Positions 1 through 9,351 of a stretch of 60,677 nucleotides of DNA are shown piece by piece (the first letter of the stretch is position 1; each line of letters starts with the position of its first letter). The notes beneath the pieces are model-generated. The model was not told the origin of the DNA and made no database searches. It saw only the letters and a program-made list of their open reading frames with translations. Source of the DNA: an uncultured Thermoplasmata archaeon (lineage in GTDB: Archaea; Thermoplasmatota; Thermoplasmata; Halarchaeoplasmatales; Halarchaeoplasmataceae); the NCBI GenBank assembly GCA_964486225.1, contig CAZAMQ010000003.1, forward strand, positions 1 to 60,677, written 5' to 3'. The translations under genes were made by a program, and so were the position numbers.

Positions 1-89
1 GTGTCCGACATCAAGATAGGCATTAATAAATTATATTATTTATCTGATTGATTATAGCTTCACTCCTTTCCCCCTCGGCGTTTCTAATA

Positions 90-1439
90 TTAGCGAACGA
101 ATTGAGGTAATTTGGAAACTAGGAACCGCATCCCCTCAACCATGAATAATAAAAAACTCATATAATCCAAGATATTCGCGTTCCACACATTTCTGAGAAG
201 GTAGAGGCTGGCACCGAGAAAACCCTTTTCTCTTGTAAAACGTCTTCCAAACTTTACCTGTGAGTTTATAAGATATCTTCGAGGATGACATTTGAGCAGA
301 GATCGTATCAACAGTTTTCTGATCTCGTCCAGTTCAAAATTCGGATGGTTCCATACAAGGTGCATTGTGTCGTATTTACTCCAATTCCTTTCGAATATAC
401 CATACTCATTCTCGATAATATTCCATAAAGGAGTTTGTGGTAATGGTGTAAGTGTCTGGTTCTGTGTATGATCCAGTTTCAGATTGCACAATATATTCAC
501 ATCTTCCGTCACACTCTGACGCGTATCGCCTTTATAACCGATGATAAAAAACCAAGAAGGGAGAGATGGTCATGAATCTCCTCAATATATTCGATAGTAT
601 CCGGGATATTCAGAGTGATTTTGTTATAAGATGCTAAGGTCTTTTGTGAAAAGCTTTTTATTCCGATGAAAGCACCCAGCATATTCATTTCATACCATTC
701 CTCCCAATTTTTAGACAATTTATTCACGGTGGTCGTACAGAACTAGTAGATATCGTTATCCTGTAGCAACTCGATGACCTTTTTCGTATGCTTCGGGGAG
801 AGCGAGAAGTTCTCATCGTATATTATTACCTCCCGTATCCCCATGGTTCGGTAGACATTTATCACTTCTTTTATACTCTCCAAAGAAATCTTTTGTGGTG
901 TCAAAAAAAAGATGGTGTTTGGCAGAAATTACAACCCATCGTGCATCCTCAGGTGGTGCACAGTATACCTGCAGGATTTACCTTTAATCCAAAGATGTTT
1001 GAAAGTACCAAACAAGAGGAGGGTGTCTTATCCTTTCTATTTTCATTCCGAGTTTTGCTGCAATTCTCTCATCAGAATAACCGACCATGAGTTCGTCAAA
1101 ATGGCTTTGTATCTCTTGGGTCAACGCACCGTAATTCCCATCCCATATTTCAACATCTTCACACGTCCTCCTAGCGATCTTTATCATATCGATTATATCT
1201 CTGATCTCGTTTACATAGAGAGAGTAGCCGACTATATTATAGCCCTTTTTCAATGCATTCGTATATTCACTATGTATCGAATATTCCAGTATATATATCT
1301 CAGGCATATTATATTTGAGAAAACGAAGGCCGAAGGAATTGATACGTGGAAAGGAATATGTAAATAACTTACACTGTGTGTCCCTTTTGATATTATCCCA
1401 ATACCCTTTACTGTCCATAGACCTTGTCGTCAGTAACAC
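90..1439 (-). pseudogene. Degraded B12-binding-type radical SAM protein in several fragments
   Basis: Fragments 984-1439, 509-727 and 90-512 are linked by stops/frameshifts. CxxxCxxC motif (GCTMGCNFC) at 922-948 is preceded by an in-frame TGA (949-951) where the usual 'RGC' Arg would be. Confidence 0.8.
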
Positions 1440-1641
1440 CCTTTTTGACCTGCATAATCCTTCTATAGTAAAATAGTAAAGAATCGGGTGTTTATTTACC
1501 TTTATCCTTGTAACGGAATGTATCCGACCAACAGTGCAAGTTTACTGCATACCTCAGTCTGCCATAGATATCATAACCCAAAGGCTTTAAGGGGGTTAGA
1601 TTATTCCAACTTAACATGTTCAATTTAATAGGTGACAGACC

Positions 1642-2475
1642 ATGGGCGAGACACATAAGAGCAAAATAGTATTGTTGGGCGACGGAGCAGTGGGTAAGAC
1701 ATCATTGGTAAAAAGATATGTTGACCAAACCTTTTCTGATTCGTACATTGCCACTATCGGAGCCAACTTCAAGAAAAAGATAATAGATTATGATGAGATA
1801 GGGATCAAATTGAATATGCTCATCGGAGATCTGATCGGGCAGCAGGGTTTCCAGCAGACTCAGAAAGCAAATATGAGGGGGGCCAAAGGCGCACTAATAC
1901 TATGTGACCTCACAAGACCCGAGACCCGCGAATCCATAGAAACCTACTGGATACCACTGCTCAAAGAAGTGTTGGGCGACGCACCACCCATGATATTTTT
2001 GGCCAACAAATGCGACCTGGTAGATATGGAGGATGAGGGACTAAAATCTTATCGGTCCGACCTTCTTTCACTAAGCGAAAAATACGGCACAAAATTCTTC
2101 TTCACCAGTGCGAAAACAGGCGACAATGTGGAAGAGTCCTTTTTTGACCTCGGCCTACTGTCCCTAGACCAGGAGCCAGCTCACTACCACTGCGATGAAC
2201 TCTACCATGCAAAAGAAGGCCTATCCCCTGTAGATGTACTCGATCTTTTCAAAGCACAGATGTATCTTGAATTAGGGGGCGAAGAGTTCGTCAACCCCAT
2301 CCTACAAGAACAGCTACCAAGGGTAGGTATAGATATAAATAAAGAACCGACCGTAACACAGCTTGAAGAATTAGCCGAGAGGATCAAGGAGGTTGAACTG
2401 GATTTTCTTGGTGAAAAGGGTGCCAACAGATACTATTTCAAACGAAAAGGCATACTAGCCAAATTGAAAAGATAA
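1642..2475 (+). CDS. Rab/Ras-like small GTPase with ~100-aa C-terminal extension
   Basis: G1 GDGAVGKT, G2 ATIG, G3 DLIGQ, G4 NKCD, G5 SAK; SD AGGTGA upstream. Confidence 0.9.
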   Translation: MGETHKSKIVLLGDGAVGKTSLVKRYVDQTFSDSYIATIGANFKKKIIDYDEIGIKLNMLIGDLIGQQGFQQTQKANMRGAKGALILCDLTRPETRESIETYWIPLLKEVLGDAPPMIFLANKCDLVDMEDEGLKSYRSDLLSLSEKYGTKFFFTSAKTGDNVEESFFDLGLLSLDQEPAHYHCDELYHAKEGLSPVDVLDLFKAQMYLELGGEEFVNPILQEQLPRVGIDINKEPTVTQLEELAERIKEVELDFLGEKGANRYYFKRKGILAKLKR

Positions 2476-2496
2476 GCCCAGGATAGGTGTGATTTT

Positions 2497-3486
2497 ATGA
2501 AAGGACTGTTCATAGGTAGATTTCAACCCTTCCATCTGGGCCATCTATCCGTGGTAGAAAGGATGGTAGAGGAATGTGAGACCATAATTATCGGCGTCGG
2601 CAGCGCAGAAAAAATGAGGGAAGAAAATAATCCGCTTTCGGGAGGAGAGAGAATAGAGATGATCAAAAGAGTACTTGACGGACAAGGATATGAATCCTAC
2701 GAGATATATCCCATCCCCGATTTAAACTGCTATCCTAAATGGCCGTATTATGTTAAGACCATCCTTCCTAACTTTGACATCGTGTACGGTAACTCTGGAA
2801 TAGTTACCGGACTTTTCAAGGAGATAGGAATCGAAATAAGACATATACAGATGATCAACAGGGATGATTGGAAGGGAAGAGAGGTGCGGCGAATGATGAA
2901 AGAAGATACGAAATGGAAAGATCTAGTTCCCCCTGAAGTCGTTGAATTTATGAAGGATATTAAGATCGAAGAAAGATTAGGGCCTATGATCGAGATGAAA
3001 TCCGATACAGAAAGAGAACTGGCACATCTTTTGACCAAAAAAGGTATGACGATATCCACTGCAGAATCATGTACCGGGGGGATGATTGCAAATCGATTGA
3101 CCGATGTACCCGGATCTTCGGCCTACTTTGAGAGGGGCGTTATGACATACAGTAATCGATCAAAAATAGATTTGTTAGGGGTTGATGAGACCGTGATCAA
3201 AGATAAGGGTGCAGTAAGCCCAGAGGTGGTCATGAGTATGGCAAAAGGCATACGGAAGGATGCAAAAACTGACATAGGCCTTGCCGTAACAGGTATAGCC
3301 GGTCCCAGTGGTGGCAGTGAACATAAACCCGTTGGTACGGTATATATCGGAATGTCCATAGAAATGGATACTAGATACAAACACCTACAGCTGTCAGGAA
3401 ATAGGGAGGAAATAAAAGAACAAGTATCGGAAGAAGCGTTAAGATGGTTGATCTTTCTTCTAAAAGAGCAGACTAACTCCCCGTAA
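2497..3486 (+). CDS. NMN adenylyltransferase fused to CinA/PncC nicotinamide-nucleotide amidohydrolase
   Basis: N-terminal FIGRFQPFHLGH nucleotidyltransferase motif; C-terminal TAESCTGG, GAVS, TGIAGPSGG..KPVGTVY CinA motifs. Confidence 0.9.
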   Translation: MKGLFIGRFQPFHLGHLSVVERMVEECETIIIGVGSAEKMREENNPLSGGERIEMIKRVLDGQGYESYEIYPIPDLNCYPKWPYYVKTILPNFDIVYGNSGIVTGLFKEIGIEIRHIQMINRDDWKGREVRRMMKEDTKWKDLVPPEVVEFMKDIKIEERLGPMIEMKSDTERELAHLLTKKGMTISTAESCTGGMIANRLTDVPGSSAYFERGVMTYSNRSKIDLLGVDETVIKDKGAVSPEVVMSMAKGIRKDAKTDIGLAVTGIAGPSGGSEHKPVGTVYIGMSIEMDTRYKHLQLSGNREEIKEQVSEEALRWLIFLLKEQTNSP

Positions 3487-3835
3487 ATCTCTTATTTATA
3501 TCTTCTAATTTATGAAATAATTCCGTCGAGTTGAAATTGCGCTCTGTTATTATCGCAACAAATTCTTTTTTACCTATTGTGGCGATGATTATCTTGCCCC
3601 TCTGTGAATAAATAACGATAATATTAGATGGTCCCATCCCTAGATCTGTGTTCACGGTCTGGGCGGCACCTAAAATCGTTGCCATCATTAAGGCAAATGT
3701 CTCATCACTAACGTTAGATTTTAGGTCCGATGTCAATATATCACCATTTTTACTTATAATCGCAGTCCCCAATACCCCTTCTTCTTTTAAGTAGTCCAAA
3801 ATTTTTTCCATGTTTTCTGCTGTAGCTATCATCAA
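3473..3835 (-). CDS. Roadblock/LC7 domain protein
   Basis: 120 aa; GVLGTAIISKNGDILTS and FALMMATILGAAQTV pattern typical of roadblock/MglB. Confidence 0.8.
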   Translation of the reverse strand: MMIATAENMEKILDYLKEEGVLGTAIISKNGDILTSDLKSNVSDETFALMMATILGAAQTVNTDLGMGPSNIIVIYSQRGKIIIATIGKKEFVAIITERNFNSTELFHKLEDINKRFTGS

Positions 3836-3837
3836 AT

Positions 3838-4245
3838 TCAGAATCCTCTCCTTTCTATATTGAACTCACAATGATCATCACCGATGCTTTCACATCTAAC
3901 CTCTGTCACATCCACTACATTTCTCTCAGTTTTTTCGTAAACAGATGCGATTATCCCTCTTAACCTATGACATGTGGGCGCTGCAGATTCTTCGTCCACT
4001 TCGATGCTTCCTTTTACTGTTGCCTTATCTTCTTCAAAAATTATCTCCTCGACCCAACCCCTCGCTTGTATGAGTTTTGCGGCCTTTTCCAATATATCGC
4101 TATTTTTGTATACCATCCCAAGGATGCTATCTCCGATGACTCTCCCCTCTCGATAGAACAGTCCCTCATATGCGGTGGCCATTACACCCTGGTAGAAGGT
4201 CGCTATTTGCTTCAGTTCCTTATCGGAGAGTTTAACAAACTTCAT
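3838..4245 (-). CDS. V4R domain protein
   Basis: GWV..., CH..RG, E..C..(IGDDH)CEF metal-binding pattern of V4R; likely start ATG 4245. Confidence 0.85.
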   Translation of the reverse strand: MKFVKLSDKELKQIATFYQGVMATAYEGLFYREGRVIGDSILGMVYKNSDILEKAAKLIQARGWVEEIIFEEDKATVKGSIEVDEESAAPTCHRLRGIIASVYEKTERNVVDVTEVRCESIGDDHCEFNIERRGF

Positions 4246-4265
4246 TTTATTCAACTCGTATTTTT

Positions 4266-4838
4266 TTATTTGTAGCATTCAGGACACAGTAATTGTCCGT
4301 CGTTCATAGATAACCTATCCGAATATGTGGCACAACTTTCACAATAACCCGATATCTCTCTTCGAACAGGTTCTTCGTATTCGTCTATGCTGCCGGGATA
4401 TTGGATCCTCGCGTATTCCCTGGTGATATCTAATAATGCAGGCGATAGTTCGATGATATCATTCTCGGTCAACATCCCTATCAGATTACCCTCCTTTGTA
4501 ACAGGTAGGTGCCTCACACCTAATTCCGCCATGACTCCGGCTGCATGACTTAAATCTTTGTTTCCCTCAATAGAGTGTACTGGGGAAGACATTATTTCTT
4601 CTACTTTAATAATATCCGGTTCCAAACCTTCTGCAACGACCTTGAACACTATATCCATCTCCGTAATTATGCCCTCCAATGCCCCATCGTCCGAAAGAAC
4701 TAAAAGACTGCCTACATCGGCCTCCTTCATTAGTTTAGCGGCCTTCTCTACACACCGGCCTTTCTTTATTATGATGGGATTTACACTCATCACATCTTGT
4801 ATCCGTACATCCGGGTTTTCGAATGTTTCCATGAGCAA
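4266..4838 (-). CDS. CBS-pair protein with C-terminal zinc ribbon
   Basis: Two CBS repeats (GSLLV..GIITEMD; RHLPV..GMLTEND) followed by CESC...CPEC. Confidence 0.9.
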   Translation of the reverse strand: MLMETFENPDVRIQDVMSVNPIIIKKGRCVEKAAKLMKEADVGSLLVLSDDGALEGIITEMDIVFKVVAEGLEPDIIKVEEIMSSPVHSIEGNKDLSHAAGVMAELGVRHLPVTKEGNLIGMLTENDIIELSPALLDITREYARIQYPGSIDEYEEPVRREISGYCESCATYSDRLSMNDGQLLCPECYK

Positions 4839-4953
4839 TCTTGTATAGGAATTATAAAGTTCCTATTAAACCTTTCGTATAAAAATCGGGGTGTTTACCA
4901 TTAAAAACGTGAATTACATTTATATCTCACCCATCGATATCCCTTAGATCATC

Positions 4954-6468
4954 ATGCTCTTCGAATTAGTAGCGGTCCTCACCTTCAGTGGCGAGTTGAA
5001 CAAGGCAGAGGAACATATACGGAAAACGATCAACGAGGCGAACCTTGACCTGCTTAAACGAGGTGTTCCAAGAGGTATAGATGGCGGAGCTACCGTCACC
5101 AAACACGATATCGATGGCGATATGCTTAAAGTCAATGTAATATCCGATCGGTATGTTCGTGCCCACGACGCCATCCTCAGACTCAGAAAGAAGTTTAGCG
5201 AGGATATGGGAAAGAGGTTTAAGATGGGTGTTAGGGAAGTCAAAATAATTAAATACACCATAAGATTCGATTTGGACCGTGAACCGAGGGAACGGATAAA
5301 GGTTCCTTATGTGGAAGATATCCAAATAGAAGGAAAAAAATGTACCATCCTTTTGAAAGACCTTACAGAGGAACAATTATCTAAAAATTTCGTGGACCGT
5401 ATAATCAAAAGAATAGAAGAGAAGATCGATGCACAGCATTACCAGGGTAAAGAAGAGTTATGGAATCTCATCTGGAGTTCTGGTAAAAAGGATATATTAT
5501 GGAACAGCGATCCTACAGAAGAGATGGTGAAGAAGGGATGGATAAAACAGGGGCCTACCAAAGGAAAGTGGTTTTACAGACCGCAAGCGGCTAGAATTCT
5601 CCGTTGCATGGAGGAGATAGCGTTTAAAGATGTCCTTGAACCCATGGGATTTCAAGAAGTCATAGAGTCATTCATGGTCCCCTTTGATGTCTGGCAGGAA
5701 ACTGGTCATATGGAAGGCATACCTAACGAGGTATATTATGTATGCGAACCCATCACCAGGGATCCACATGAATGGGAAGAGTTTATAGATCATATCAAAA
5801 TATCGAAAGAGGTGCCTCTGCAAAAACTGAGAAAACTGGTGACCCCACCAAAATTCGGTATTTGTTACGCACAGTGCCCACTCGTATACTGGTCTTTGAG
5901 GAACCAAACTATAGCGGAAGAAAGTCTTCCCTTGCTCATTTATGATAGAAGTGTTCCCAGTGCCAGGTATGAATCCGGAGGGCGTCACGGAATCGAGAGA
6001 GTCGATGAATTTCATCGTATCGAGCCAGTTTATATCGGTACTAAAGAGCAGTTAGTTGAATTGAAGGAAAGGTTTATCGAGAGATATACATACGTTTTTG
6101 AAAATATACTGGAACTGGAGTGGCGTATGGCAAATGTGGCACCATTTTATCTGCAGCAGGCGGGAAACGACAGTGAGGACGATGATGAAGTGTTAGGAAC
6201 CGTAGACTTCGAAGCGTATATGCCTTATAGAGGTAGTAGAGAGGATAGTGAATGGTTAGAATTCCAAAATCTCAGCTTGTTCAAAAAATATACCAAAGCA
6301 TTCAACATCAAATCACAGACAGAAGAACTTTATTCGGGTTGTAGTGGCATAGGCCTGGAAAGATGGGCAGCAGCCTTCCTCGCACAAAAGGGTATCCAGC
6401 CCGATAAATGGCCTGAGGGGTTCCAAGAAAGATGTGGAGATTTACCGAAAGGCTTAAATCTTCTATGA
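4954..6468 (+). CDS. serS: Seryl-tRNA synthetase, methanogenic (type 2)
   Basis: YAQCP, YESGGRHGIERVDEFHRIE and SGCSGIGLERW motifs plus the long N-terminal domain (RAHDAILRL) of methanogen-type SerRS. Confidence 0.93.
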   Translation: MLFELVAVLTFSGELNKAEEHIRKTINEANLDLLKRGVPRGIDGGATVTKHDIDGDMLKVNVISDRYVRAHDAILRLRKKFSEDMGKRFKMGVREVKIIKYTIRFDLDREPRERIKVPYVEDIQIEGKKCTILLKDLTEEQLSKNFVDRIIKRIEEKIDAQHYQGKEELWNLIWSSGKKDILWNSDPTEEMVKKGWIKQGPTKGKWFYRPQAARILRCMEEIAFKDVLEPMGFQEVIESFMVPFDVWQETGHMEGIPNEVYYVCEPITRDPHEWEEFIDHIKISKEVPLQKLRKLVTPPKFGICYAQCPLVYWSLRNQTIAEESLPLLIYDRSVPSARYESGGRHGIERVDEFHRIEPVYIGTKEQLVELKERFIERYTYVFENILELEWRMANVAPFYLQQAGNDSEDDDEVLGTVDFEAYMPYRGSREDSEWLEFQNLSLFKKYTKAFNIKSQTEELYSGCSGIGLERWAAAFLAQKGIQPDKWPEGFQERCGDLPKGLNLL

Positions 6469-6533
6469 GTTAACCAAAAAGTTGTTATATTGTAATCAGA
6501 TAACATCATCTCACTCCTACCAGAGGAATAACG

Positions 6534-7436
6534 ATGGCTAAGAAAAGAACGAGGCGAACAACAAGGCGCGTAAAGGATAAATGGAAATCGAAACGATGGT
6601 ACCGAATTGTATCACCTGATATGTTTGATGGTAGAGTTGTCGGCGAATCGCCCGCATCTGACCCGGAGGCACTATTGGGGAGGGTTTGCGACGTAAACCT
6701 TCAAGACCTAGTGGGAGATTTTTCGAAGATCCATATCAAGGTAAGATTAAAGGTAAATGGGGTCAGAGGCGGAGAATGTATTTCACGATTTATCGGTCAC
6801 GACATGACCAGCGATTATATCAGACGACTTACTCGTAGGAGACGTTCTAAAATTGATTCGGTATATGATGTTATCACCAAAGAAGGGTACAAAGTAAGAA
6901 TAAAGGTACTCTCCATAACTGACAAAAGAATCAACACGTCTATCAAAGGGTCCCTTCGAAATCGTCAAGAAGAGATCATTAAAAAAGAGTCTGAGAATTC
7001 AACCCTCTCACACCTTGTACAGAAAATGCTTTTCGGAAAACTGGCAACCAACATCAAAAAAGGATCTAAGGTTATTTATCCACTCAAGAGGGTGGAGATA
7101 AGGAAAAGCGAGGTTTTGTCTATCCCTCTGGAAGAAGAGGTCCTGGAAAAGATAGTCACCGACAAAGAGTTAAGGGAAGAAAAGGAAGAAGAGGAAGAAA
7201 AGAAGGAAGAAGAAGTTGAGAAACCGAAAGAAAAGGCGAAGTCAAAAAAGGCGGTTGTTAAAGATTTTCAGGGGATTGAAGGCGTGGGACCTACCATGGC
7301 TGAAAAGTTGTACGATGGTGGTTTTAGATCTCTTGAACAATTGAGGGCTGCATCCCGGGATGACCTAATCAAGATAGATGGTGTCGGACCATCGTTCTCT
7401 AAGAAAATTTTCAACGCACTTCATCCTGATGAATAG
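6534..7436 (+). CDS. rps3ae: 30S ribosomal protein eS1 (S3Ae) with acidic linker and C-terminal helix-hairpin-helix domain
   Basis: KDKWKSKRWY, DYIRRLTRRRRSKID, IYPLKRVEIRKSEV; tail carries IEGVGP and IDGVGP HhH motifs. Confidence 0.95.
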   Translation: MAKKRTRRTTRRVKDKWKSKRWYRIVSPDMFDGRVVGESPASDPEALLGRVCDVNLQDLVGDFSKIHIKVRLKVNGVRGGECISRFIGHDMTSDYIRRLTRRRRSKIDSVYDVITKEGYKVRIKVLSITDKRINTSIKGSLRNRQEEIIKKESENSTLSHLVQKMLFGKLATNIKKGSKVIYPLKRVEIRKSEVLSIPLEEEVLEKIVTDKELREEKEEEEEKKEEEVEKPKEKAKSKKAVVKDFQGIEGVGPTMAEKLYDGGFRSLEQLRAASRDDLIKIDGVGPSFSKKIFNALHPDE

Positions 7437-7484
7437 TTAATATATCAAGCGATGACTCTTAATAACACATAAAACCCTTTTTTA

Positions 7485-7510
7485 TCGGGGTAGCTCAGCC
7501 TGGTAGAGCG
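7485..7510 (+). repeat. Duplicated 5' segment of the downstream tRNA-Met
   Basis: TCGGGGTAGCTCAGCCTGGTAGAGCG is 25/26 identical to 7579-7604. Confidence 0.9.
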
Positions 7511-7577
7511 TAGGAATGCGCTTCGCTTTTCCTGTTACTACCAGACTTTGCCATTGGTAGACACGTTCGCATCTTAT

Positions 7578-7704
7578 GTCGGGGTGGCTCAGCCTGGTAG
7601 AGCGCCGGACTCATAGGGACCCTATATGGGTATTTGAGGCGCGAAAAACCTACCCTGGATCCTGAGCGATCCGGAGGCCGCGGGTTCAAACCCCGCCCCC
7701 GACA
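7578..7704 (+). tRNA. tRNA-Met(CAT), probably elongator, with a 53-nt intron (7616-7668) at position 37/38
   Basis: Acceptor GTCGGGG/CCCCGAC plus A73; D arm GCTC/GAGC; anticodon stem CCGGA/TCCGG; T arm GCGGG-TTCAAAC-CCCGC. Bulge-helix-bulge: CTCA(7610-13)/TGAG(7663-66) with 3-nt bulges TAG and CGA. Confidence 0.95.
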
Positions 7705-7742
7705 TTTTTCTTTTAGTACGGAAGACCATAATTATGTCGGGC

Positions 7743-9182
7743 TCAAACAAAACTCTTTATGGATACTGTTCTAGAATACGAATCCAGTATCACGACCTTT
7801 GCTGGATCCGGTTTAATGCCCCTCATCTTTTGATAATTCGTTTGTTCCTGCCATGTTGACGAATTTATCAACATAACTCCGTGGTGCTCATCCACCTGGG
7901 TTCGGTGTATATGCCCTGTAACAAATACATCTGGTATTTCGTTTATGATAAGATGGTCTTGTTTCTCCGGGGCTATGGGCGTATTCTTTCCATAAACAGG
8001 AACTAGATGTCTCCTTTCTAACATCTCTCTCATGGCGGACGTAGGTGAGTTTGTAGTCACATGTGTCAGCATATCTGACAGGTCGGTGATACTCGATCCG
8101 TGATACATCAGTAATTTGAGGCCACAAAGGTTCATAAAAGTAGGGTTACCGTAAAACCTGACGTTTGATGGAAACATATCTATGATCTCTTCAGGTAGAG
8201 ATGGCTGCGGTTCAGGATTCCTTACCATATCGTGGTTCCCGGGTATGCATATAATCGTTATCCTATCGGGTATCTGTTCTAAAAGCCTTGCAACTTCGCT
8301 GTACTGTTCATAGATATCGCGTATATCGAGGTCATCTCTTTGATTTGGATAGATACCTATACCATCTATCAGGTCACCTGGAACTACCAGATACTTAATT
8401 TCGCGGGCAATTTCGTCTTCAGAATTAATCCAATATATGAATCGTTTCCAACTATCTTTCATGAAAGATGTGCTTCCAACATGAATGTCTCCGGTGAAAG
8501 CGATCTTGCCGCGAAATTCGTTTTTACCATTGTTTCGGATCTTAGGTATACTTGGTCTTATGATATCATCGATAAAGAAGGTGGCTCCATAACCGCTTTT
8601 TTTGCGGCCGATTTCTCCGATAGCGATGAGAACTTCGTCTTCGAGAATATCTTTAGTAAAAGCGGGGCTATCCGGGTTTATGAACCCTTTGATCTTTCCG
8701 CTTTCATCCTCAAGAGAGAGTATTTTATACCCGCCCCTTATTTCCGCTATATCGCCCATCATCGCTATGACCTTTGCTTTTCCTGCTCGTTTTTTAACCC
8801 TTGCGATATCCATACAGCCAACGGCCTCTCTTCTTTTAGAAAGAATAGCTTTTAATCGTTTGTAACGGTCTGTAAAATATGTAATAAAATCGTTTAGTTC
8901 ACCGGTACAGGTAGAATTTCCGGTTATATCATACATTACAGTTATCATTTCATCTGGAGGTAGTTCATCAGGATTAAATCCGTTGGTATCAGGCTTTGGT
9001 TTTTTCACTATATTGTATGATTCGAGCCATTCTACACTCACTGGAAATGGTAGTCTTTCGCATGAGCATACTGCCTCTTCCACCACGTCCTTAGGGTTTT
9101 CACACTGGTTCAAATATTTCCACGCACCGGGAGATAACACAGTATTGTGTTCCGCAAATATTTTAAGGATATCTTCGTGCAT
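7743..9182 (-). CDS. dp1: DNA polymerase D small (proofreading) subunit DP1
   Basis: YFTDRYKRL, OB fold, and calcineurin-like motifs GDIHVGS, GDLIDG, PGNHD, YHG, GHIH. Confidence 0.95.
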   Translation of the reverse strand: MHEDILKIFAEHNTVLSPGAWKYLNQCENPKDVVEEAVCSCERLPFPVSVEWLESYNIVKKPKPDTNGFNPDELPPDEMITVMYDITGNSTCTGELNDFITYFTDRYKRLKAILSKRREAVGCMDIARVKKRAGKAKVIAMMGDIAEIRGGYKILSLEDESGKIKGFINPDSPAFTKDILEDEVLIAIGEIGRKKSGYGATFFIDDIIRPSIPKIRNNGKNEFRGKIAFTGDIHVGSTSFMKDSWKRFIYWINSEDEIAREIKYLVVPGDLIDGIGIYPNQRDDLDIRDIYEQYSEVARLLEQIPDRITIICIPGNHDMVRNPEPQPSLPEEIIDMFPSNVRFYGNPTFMNLCGLKLLMYHGSSITDLSDMLTHVTTNSPTSAMREMLERRHLVPVYGKNTPIAPEKQDHLIINEIPDVFVTGHIHRTQVDEHHGVMLINSSTWQEQTNYQKMRGIKPDPAKVVILDSYSRTVSIKSFV

Positions 9183-9351
9183 CCCAATCTTGTAAGTGTA
9201 ATAGAGGTATAACTATTAAGCTTTTTTTACTTTTGGAACCTTGAATGAAAATGTGAATATCATGTGAGTAATGTGAGTATTTACTAAGATTAAGGCGAAA
9301 TATTTAATACTGTCGTACCATTTAACTTATCAACAAAAACGGTGAATAACT

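Noticed and set aside
7578..7704. tRNA-Ile2(CAT), suggested by tiaS in the window
   Set aside because: The acceptor begins GTC rather than GGG, and a 37/38 intron is typical of euryarchaeal elongator tRNA-Met.
7732..7741. TTATGTCGGG repeated on both sides of the tRNA (also 7574-83)
   Set aside because: Only 10 bp, and it overlaps the tRNA start; cannot be told from chance.
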